From Candidatus Latescibacterota bacterium (GTDB lineage Bacteria; Latescibacterota; UBA2968): a stretch of 64,000 nucleotides of DNA. The stretch spans positions 6,240,001-6,304,000 of the forward strand of contig OZ241986.1 of assembly GCA_965204375.1 (NCBI GenBank). The letters are read 5' to 3'. A program made the position numbers and the translations under genes. The notes under the pieces are model-generated. The model made no database searches, was not told the DNA's origin, and saw nothing but the letters and a program-made list of their open reading frames with translations. Of the stretch, positions 58,068-64,000 are shown piece by piece; within the stretch, counting starts at the first letter, position 1, and every line of letters begins with the position of its first letter.

Positions 58068-58928
58068 GTGATTATTTTGACTACATCGGCTAAAAGTTTT
58101 TCCAAAGATGCATTGCATCACTATCTCGAAGATGTGGCTTCGTCTCAACCTCTGTCTTCCGAAGAGGAAGTTGCGCTCGCTGTTCGCATTCACAAAGGCG
58201 ATCAAGAAGCGCGGGCAAAACTCATTGAAGCCAATCTGCGCTTTGTGATTACAGTTGCCTACGAATATCAAAATCAGGGCGTTCCGCTCGTGGATCTCAT
58301 CAGCGCGGGAAACGTCGGTTTGATCACAGCGGCAGAGCGTTTTGACGAGACGAGGGGGTTTAAGTTTATCTCTTATGCTGTTTGGTGGATTCGCCAATCT
58401 ATTTTGCAAACACTGGCGGAACACGCCAGAGTCGTGCGCCTTCCGCTCAATCGCGTGGAATTGCTCAGACGCATATCTCGCTGTAGAAGTAACCGACAGC
58501 AAGAGACTTCGACACGCACTGCGGAAGAAGAAATTGCCGAAGAATTGGATATTCCGGTAGAGCAGGTTACGGATATTCTCACCAGCGGGCAGCGCACTTT
58601 GTCCCTCGATACAGCTCTCGGCGATGGGGAAAATAGTCTTCTTGAAATGATGCCCGACGATTCTCAAGAGTCGCCCGACGCAATGGCATTGAGAAATACC
58701 CTCAAAGCTGAAATCTCAAGTGCTTTGAGCACCCTTGATGAGCGCGAGCAAAAAGTGATCCGACTCTATTTTGGATTGGGCGGCGGTGCGGAGATGACGC
58801 TCGAAGAAATTGGCAAGCAATTTCGCCTGACGCGCGAACGGATTCGTCAAATAAAAGAAAAAGCACTCCGAAAATTGCGCCACCCCACGCGAGGGCGAAA
58901 ATTGATGCCCTATGCCGAAGATACGTGA
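58068..58928 (+). CDS. RpoD/SigA-family sigma factor lacking region 1.1 (start may be TTG 58077)
   Basis: ANLRFV, DLISAGN.GL, GFKFISYAVWWIRQ, LTRERIRQI..KAL. Confidence 0.92.
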   Translation: MIILTTSAKSFSKDALHHYLEDVASSQPLSSEEEVALAVRIHKGDQEARAKLIEANLRFVITVAYEYQNQGVPLVDLISAGNVGLITAAERFDETRGFKFISYAVWWIRQSILQTLAEHARVVRLPLNRVELLRRISRCRSNRQQETSTRTAEEEIAEELDIPVEQVTDILTSGQRTLSLDTALGDGENSLLEMMPDDSQESPDAMALRNTLKAEISSALSTLDEREQKVIRLYFGLGGGAEMTLEEIGKQFRLTRERIRQIKEKALRKLRHPTRGRKLMPYAEDT

Positions 58929-58937
58929 ACGGAAACG

Positions 58938-60290
58938 CTAATTTTTCAATTTTTTCACCCATTCTCGAAATCGCTCTCCGCGCTCTTCAAAGTTGCGAAA
59001 TTGGTCGTAACTCGCCGATGCTGGCGATAGCAATACCACATCGCCAGATTGTGCGAGACCTGTCGCGCAATCCATCGCTTCTTCCAAATTTTCTACGCGG
59101 TGAATATTGGTTTTCCCTTTTGCCGTTGCCGCAATCGCGTCCCCTGTTTCGCCCATCACAATTAGATGTGCGACCTTTTCCGCTATCGCCATTCCCAAAT
59201 CGTCATACGCAATGCCTTTATCGTAGCCACCTGCGATCAGCACGATTGGTTTGTCATAAGCCATGAGTGCTGTCTGCGTGCGGTCGGGACTCGTGGCTAT
59301 TGAATCGTTCACATAGAGGACGCCGTTTACTTCTGCCACTTGCTCCAATCTGTGTGGTACCCCCTGAAATGTCTGCAAGACCTCGGCGATGTTTTCTTCA
59401 GATACGCCGCTTATGACCGCTGCACCCGTGGCTGCCAGTGCGTTGGCGAGGTTGTGCCGACCGCGCAAGGATATGGTATCGACAGAGCAGACGGTTCGCG
59501 TCTCACCTCCGATTGCGTGTTGAATTTTTCCGTCGTGGACAAATACATCCCCTTTTTCTCCAACGGCAAATACCACCCTCTGTCCCGCGCCCGCCCAACG
59601 AGACACTTCGTCATCTTCTCCGTTGACAATCGTCCAGTCGCCTTTTGTCTGGTGCATGACGATTTGTTGCTTGGCTTTTCGATACGCTTGTAGAGATCCG
59701 TGAACGTCGATGTGATTCGGCGCGAAGTTGGTTGTGACGGCGATGTGGGGACTCCACGGCAGATCTCCCAGTCGGTCGAGTTGGAAGCTCGATAATTCCA
59801 GTACGATGGGTACATCGGGGTGTAGCAGGTCCAATTCGTCCAGCAGGGATCCTCCGATATTGCCACCGATTCGTGTGCGTTTATCTTTTTGCTTGAGCAT
59901 TTCTCCTATGAGCGAAGTTGTCGTGGTTTTGCCACTGCTGCCCGTTATGCCGATTATGGGGGCGGGACAGCGTTCGACAAATAGGCAGATTTCCGATGTG
60001 ATGGGTACGCCCGCAGATTCTGCGATTTTCAAGTATCGCGATGACCGGGGTACCGCGGGGTTGGCGACGATTAAATCTGCTTTCCGAAAATCCGTTTCTT
60101 CATGCCGTCCCAGCACAAAGGCGATGGGTAATCCATTCAGGGCGCGTACCGAAGCGCGCAGGTCTTTTTCAGGGCGTAAGTCCGTCACTGTCACCACCGC
60201 GCCTTCGCGTACCAGAAAACGCACCGCTCCCACGCCCCCGCCAAATAATCCCAATCCCATTACTGTGACGCGCTGGCCTTTTAAGTTCAC
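58938..60290 (-). CDS. murD: UDP-N-acetylmuramoyl-L-alanine:D-glutamate ligase
   Basis: ITGSSGKTTT, GGNIG, ELSSFQL, HRLE, NDSIAT, LLSPASASYDQF. Confidence 0.95.
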   Translation of the reverse strand: MNLKGQRVTVMGLGLFGGGVGAVRFLVREGAVVTVTDLRPEKDLRASVRALNGLPIAFVLGRHEETDFRKADLIVANPAVPRSSRYLKIAESAGVPITSEICLFVERCPAPIIGITGSSGKTTTTSLIGEMLKQKDKRTRIGGNIGGSLLDELDLLHPDVPIVLELSSFQLDRLGDLPWSPHIAVTTNFAPNHIDVHGSLQAYRKAKQQIVMHQTKGDWTIVNGEDDEVSRWAGAGQRVVFAVGEKGDVFVHDGKIQHAIGGETRTVCSVDTISLRGRHNLANALAATGAAVISGVSEENIAEVLQTFQGVPHRLEQVAEVNGVLYVNDSIATSPDRTQTALMAYDKPIVLIAGGYDKGIAYDDLGMAIAEKVAHLIVMGETGDAIAATAKGKTNIHRVENLEEAMDCATGLAQSGDVVLLSPASASYDQFRNFEERGERFREWVKKLKN

Positions 60291-60316
60291 GGGAAGTCTC
60301 CAAGTGTCAGTTGTCG

Positions 60317-60345
60317 ATAGGTACGGGTTTGAAACCCGTACCTAT
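60317..60345. repeat. Perfect 29-bp palindrome (REP-like) overlapping the moxR stop
   Basis: ATAGGTACGGGTTT-G-AAACCCGTACCTAT. Confidence 0.75.
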
Positions 60346-61328
60346 TCTTTTAACAATTGATCGATGAGATCGACCGGGGTGATGCCTTCGGCTTCGGCGT
60401 TGAAATTTGTGACGAGGCGATGGCGCAAGACGGGTTTGGCGACAAAAGAGACGTCGTCAATAGATGGTGCATAGCGTCCGCTGAGTACGGCGCGCGCTTT
60501 GGCGCCCAGGATGAGGCATTGAGATGCGCGCGGGCCGGCGCCCCATCTGAGCATGTTGCCGATGGATGTGTCTGCATTTTGGGGGCGGGTTTTGCGGACG
60601 AGATCTACTGCGTGATCTACGATGTGATCGGCTACTGGAACTTTGCGGATGAGTTGCTGGAGGTTGCGAATTTGTTTGGCGTTAAGTACGGGCTGCACGT
60701 CGTGGGTTTGGGCACCTGTGGTGGCTTTGACAATGGCGCGTTCTTCTTCCTTGGTGGGATAATCGATCCACAGGTTAAATATGAAGCGGTCGAGTTGGGC
60801 TTCGGGCAGGGGATAGGTGCCTTCTTGTTCGATGGGATTTTGAGTGGCTAAGACAAAGAACGGTTCTTCGAGGCGAAAGGTTCCTCCCCCGGCGGTGACT
60901 TCGTGTTCTTGCATAGCCTGCAATAAGGCGGCCTGGGTTTTGGGCGGGGTGCGGTTGATTTCATCGGCCAGGATGATGTTGGCAAATAAGGGACCTTTGA
61001 CAAAGCGGAATGCTTTGTGTCCGGTGGTCTGGTCTTCTTCGAGGAGTTCTGTGCCCGTGATGTCCGAAGGCATGAGATCGGGGGTAAATTGGATGCGGCT
61101 AAAAGACAGGTCGAGGGCGCGTGCGAGGGTGCTGATGAGGAGTGTTTTGGCAAGGCCGGGCACGCCGACGAGCAAACAATGGCCCCCGCACAGGAGGGCA
61201 ATGAGTAGCTGATCGACGATTTCCCGCTGGCCAATAATCACTTTGCCTATTTCGGCGACGATCTGGTCATACGCGGTTTTTAATTGTTCAACGGCCTGGA
61301 GATCTTCGTGAGGTGATGCTTCGGGCAT
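60342..61328 (-). CDS. moxR: MoxR family AAA+ ATPase
   Basis: GVPGLAKT, RIQFTPDLMPSD, LADEINR.PPKTQ, ATQNPIEQEGTYPLPEAQLDRF; AAGGA before ATG 61328. Confidence 0.92.
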   Translation of the reverse strand: MPEASPHEDLQAVEQLKTAYDQIVAEIGKVIIGQREIVDQLLIALLCGGHCLLVGVPGLAKTLLISTLARALDLSFSRIQFTPDLMPSDITGTELLEEDQTTGHKAFRFVKGPLFANIILADEINRTPPKTQAALLQAMQEHEVTAGGGTFRLEEPFFVLATQNPIEQEGTYPLPEAQLDRFIFNLWIDYPTKEEERAIVKATTGAQTHDVQPVLNAKQIRNLQQLIRKVPVADHIVDHAVDLVRKTRPQNADTSIGNMLRWGAGPRASQCLILGAKARAVLSGRYAPSIDDVSFVAKPVLRHRLVTNFNAEAEGITPVDLIDQLLKE

Positions 61329-61341
61329 TTTGTTTCCTTTC

Positions 61342-62721
61342 TTATGTTTTGCGTTTTTCCTTTTTCGCCGCCGGGAAGAGAATATTGTTGAGGATGAGGC
61401 GATAGCCAGGCGAATTTTTGTGCAGTGCGAGTTGCGTGGGCGGGTCGTTGACAAAGTGCTGATAGTCTTCCGGGTCGTGTCCTGCATAAAATGTGAATGT
61501 GCCTTTGCCGATGTTGCCGTGGATGTATTTGACGTGGTCTGTGCCGGGTATGTCGCCCATGATGGTGACGGATTTTTTGATGCGGTTTTTGCGAAAGGCC
61601 GTGGTTTGGCCCAAAAAGCCGGGGACGATGGGTGTGTGGTTTTGCGTGAGCATGGTGGGTACGGGATCGTATTTTGCCGAGAATTCAAATAGTGAAAAGG
61701 CATCGATATCGGCATTTTTGACCTGGCTCATTTCAATGGGCGACAGGTCGATGTCGGCGTGTTCGTATTCGAGGGGGTCCATAACGAGGTTGAAGTTTTC
61801 AAAGGCTACTGTGCGCGAGAAATCGAGTTTTTGACGCGCCTGCGGGTCTGCGGGATCGCCGTCGTAAACGCTATCGACAATGTCGATTCCGCGGGCTGCA
61901 AGGGCAATGTCAAAGGTATCGGTGGCCGAGCACATGGCAAAGAGAAATCCGCCTTGTGCGACGTAGTTGTAAATGGCCTGTGCAACCGCGCCTTTGAGGT
62001 GGGAGACTTTGGAAAAACCCAATTTGCCAGCGAGGGCTTTGAATCCGGCCTGTTGTTGGCGGTACCAGAGGGTGTGACCGTGGCTGCGATAAAATTTGCC
62101 GTATTGTCCTGTGAAGTCTTCGTGATGCAGGTGCAGCCAGTCGAAATTTTCGAGTTTGCCCATGAGGACTTCTTCGTCCCACAAGGTGGTGTAGGGGATT
62201 TCCGCATACGTGAGCGCCAGTGTGACGGCGTCGTCCCAGGGCTGTTTGTTCGGGGGGGTATAGACCGCGATGCGGGGTGCTTTTTCAAGGCGCATGCGGT
62301 TCATGTTGCCGGATTCAATGTCGGCGTAGATGCGCGTGGCTTGCGCGGCTGAGATGGCTTGGAAGGCGACGGCGCGTATTCGGGCTTCGCGCGCGATGGT
62401 TTCGTGGTTGTCGATGAGGAAGGATCCACCGCGGTAGTTGAGCAACCACTCGACGGGATGGCCCTGTTGCAATGCCCAATACGCAATGCCGTAGGCTTTG
62501 AGATGATCTGTTTGCGATACGTCCATGGGAATGAGTATTTTGCCGACGTTCGCACTCCCACCACCAATCGCCGCTGGGGAGATGGATGGTGTTGTGAGAA
62601 TGAAGAGGGCGAGAAGTGATAGATAAATCGCCCGGGCCAATTTCTGTTCAGACGTAACGAAATCAGCCTGCCGGGTGGCAGGCTGATTCTCGGGATTCTG
62701 TCTTTTTTTTTCTCTTCTCAT
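61342..62721 (-). CDS. Conserved exported protein (often labelled 'asparagine synthetase B'; class I GATase-like fold); true start uncertain
   Basis: LIPMD..Q..HLKAYG, WLLNYRGGSF, WLHLHHEDFTGQYGKF, FAMCSATD, GHDPEDYQH, NSPGYRLILNN. Confidence 0.7.
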   Translation of the reverse strand: MRREKKRQNPENQPATRQADFVTSEQKLARAIYLSLLALFILTTPSISPAAIGGGSANVGKILIPMDVSQTDHLKAYGIAYWALQQGHPVEWLLNYRGGSFLIDNHETIAREARIRAVAFQAISAAQATRIYADIESGNMNRMRLEKAPRIAVYTPPNKQPWDDAVTLALTYAEIPYTTLWDEEVLMGKLENFDWLHLHHEDFTGQYGKFYRSHGHTLWYRQQQAGFKALAGKLGFSKVSHLKGAVAQAIYNYVAQGGFLFAMCSATDTFDIALAARGIDIVDSVYDGDPADPQARQKLDFSRTVAFENFNLVMDPLEYEHADIDLSPIEMSQVKNADIDAFSLFEFSAKYDPVPTMLTQNHTPIVPGFLGQTTAFRKNRIKKSVTIMGDIPGTDHVKYIHGNIGKGTFTFYAGHDPEDYQHFVNDPPTQLALHKNSPGYRLILNNILFPAAKKEKRKT

Positions 62722-62727
62722 TGGGTT

Positions 62728-62955
62728 TTACCTTGCTTGTGCCAAAGTGTCTGTCTCTTCTATCTCGAATTTTGTGACAGTGTTACGAAAGTCTTGACCA
62801 ATCATAGCCCAGTCCATCCAAATCGCTGTATTGTCCGTCTCTTGACCTGTTGGAGATGTATTGTACGTGTTCAAAGTGTTTCCGAAGTCCATAATACGCG
62901 CTATGCCCTCCAGAAATGATGGTCGCGCGCAAAGGAAGTGGGTATTTATCTCCAT
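62728..62955 (-). CDS. Small conserved hypothetical protein (ARPSFLEG..D..A...DW..G.D type)
   Basis: 75 aa, GAGGAAG RBS, consensus promoter upstream. Confidence 0.65.
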   Translation of the reverse strand: MEINTHFLCARPSFLEGIARIMDFGNTLNTYNTSPTGQETDNTAIWMDWAMIGQDFRNTVTKFEIEETDTLAQAR

Positions 62956-63006
62956 TTTTTACTTCCTCATAAAATTATCACATTATACTTATGTGCCTAA
63001 TGCATA

Positions 63007-63036
63007 ATTATATTGTAAACAATACTATATTGTCAA
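63007..63036 (-). promoter_or_regulatory. Consensus sigma70 promoter with an internal palindromic operator
   Basis: TTGACA-18 bp-TATAAT on the minus strand; TATTGT-aa-ACAATA at 63011-63024. Confidence 0.7.
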
Positions 63037-63038
63037 GG

Positions 63039-63998
63039 TTATAACGCATCTTTTAGTTTTCTTACCGCTTCCATTGCCTCAGAAATCTCTTTTTTCATAG
63101 TGTTGACAATGGTGGCATGGCTGAGCGGGTTCAGGATAATGCTTTTGTACAGTTCAATCTTGTTGATGAGAGACTCTTGTAAAAAAGGGTTACCACTCTT
63201 GTCTTCACCATTTTTTATTGACACCCAGAAATCTTCGCTTGTCAGACGCTTTGGGTTTTCGCGGTACTTAACCTTGAGATTCTTATTTTCACAGAATTTC
63301 TTGATTGCCACTTCAAAAGCGGTGCGAAGGTAAATCGCACAGGCTTTGTAGTCGTTGCCATCAAAATATTCCTTCGCCTTTTCAAGATACGCTCGATCTT
63401 CCACATAGACTGGAATCTCGTATTCGTCAGTTTTCGAGAAGTAGAATTCAGCGTATTTCCATTCGCTATCTTCCGTCCGTTGCCTGACAATTTCATACCA
63501 AGCACGGTCGTAGGTCATAAAAAAGATTTGATAATCTGAGAAGTATTCTTTTAGAATATTGATTACTGGCAGGCGGTTTGACATATCCAGGCCAATCAAT
63601 ACGTCATCCAGAGCGAGAATTTTCAGTTCGCTTTCTGGCTGAAGCAGGAAAGACGCGAAGGTGATGGCTATAGCGATTGCCGATAGTTTCGCCTCATTCA
63701 GAAAGCGGTGATGCACAGGGAGGTCTCTGTCGAAGAACTTGACCGTCAAGAGTATTTGCTGATTATCAAATGTCTTGTTAGTGCGATTGTATGTGATACC
63801 CTGAAAGTCAAAGTCGAGGGCAACATTGTATTTAAACTTGTCAAGTATTTCAGATGCCTGACTTTTTAATTCTTCTAATTTGCCGAATAGTCCATTGTTG
63901 AAATTCTGTATCCGTTCTTGCAGTGCCTCAACTTGTCTTTCTGTGGTTCGACGCGGAACAGCCTGTTTAATATCATTCCAATCATCGACAAAACTTCG
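63039..63998 (-). CDS. ABC/SMC-type ATPase, C-terminal part (5' end beyond the window), possible HEPN-like tail
   Basis: Frame open to the window edge; FLNEAK signature variant, LALDDVLIGLD Walker B/D-loop, MTYD H-loop variant, YLR.AFE..LNPLSH. Confidence 0.7.
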   Translation of the reverse strand, partial: RSFVDDWNDIKQAVPRRTTERQVEALQERIQNFNNGLFGKLEELKSQASEILDKFKYNVALDFDFQGITYNRTNKTFDNQQILLTVKFFDRDLPVHHRFLNEAKLSAIAIAITFASFLLQPESELKILALDDVLIGLDMSNRLPVINILKEYFSDYQIFFMTYDRAWYEIVRQRTEDSEWKYAEFYFSKTDEYEIPVYVEDRAYLEKAKEYFDGNDYKACAIYLRTAFEVAIKKFCENKNLKVKYRENPKRLTSEDFWVSIKNGEDKSGNPFLQESLINKIELYKSIILNPLSHATIVNTMKKEISEAMEAVRKLKDAL

Positions 63999-64000
63999 AT

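Noticed and set aside
61329-61715. Extended MoxR N-terminus
   Set aside because: Overlaps the upstream gene in another frame with low-complexity Ser/Thr/Pro sequence; an RBS precedes ATG 61328
1-64000. CRISPR array, tRNA or rRNA
   Set aside because: No regularly spaced 25-40-bp repeats with unique spacers; no cloverleaf or rRNA-like tract recognised; nearly all DNA is coding

Overview
Bacterial window with about 55 genes and no rRNA, tRNA, CRISPR array, transposase or recombinase that I could recognise. The gene content includes dockerin/EF-hand-tagged WD40 and YWTD proteins, PorV-like barrels, a GWxTD-type protein, several PhyH enzymes and a sulfatase. By inference this suggests an FCB-superphylum, Latescibacteria/Poribacteria-like organism, possibly a host-associated marine one. 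(1) 1.2-14.2 kb is a co-oriented array of exported envelope proteins. Five full paralogs and one stump share a signal peptide and small beta-domain modules, followed by a hypervariable Gly-rich hydrophobic hairpin and a conserved C-terminal strand ending in Phe. They are interleaved with two PorV-like barrels, two small OMP barrels and a metzincin-WD40-LRR-Ig-EF-hand protein. The paralogs show mosaic recombination, and a multi-way complementary (C4-antisense-like) leader sits inside the array. This is the best candidate for an undescribed system. (2) 14-39 kb holds catabolic and accessory enzymes: sulfatase, Gfo/Idh/MocA, PhyH, a PL2 pectate lyase and a plant-type HPR. (3) 39-62 kb holds housekeeping genes: IOR, lipA, miaB, queG, a degenerate IscU, rny, iscA, Prx, sod, panBC, folBK, ygfZ, sigma70, murD and moxR. 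(4) The right edge holds a small ORF with a consensus promoter and a partial ABC-ATPase with a possible HEPN-like tail. Intergenic spacers carry GTAG-REP palindromes and 7-10-mer microrepeats. All calls come from reading motifs by eye; no searches were run.
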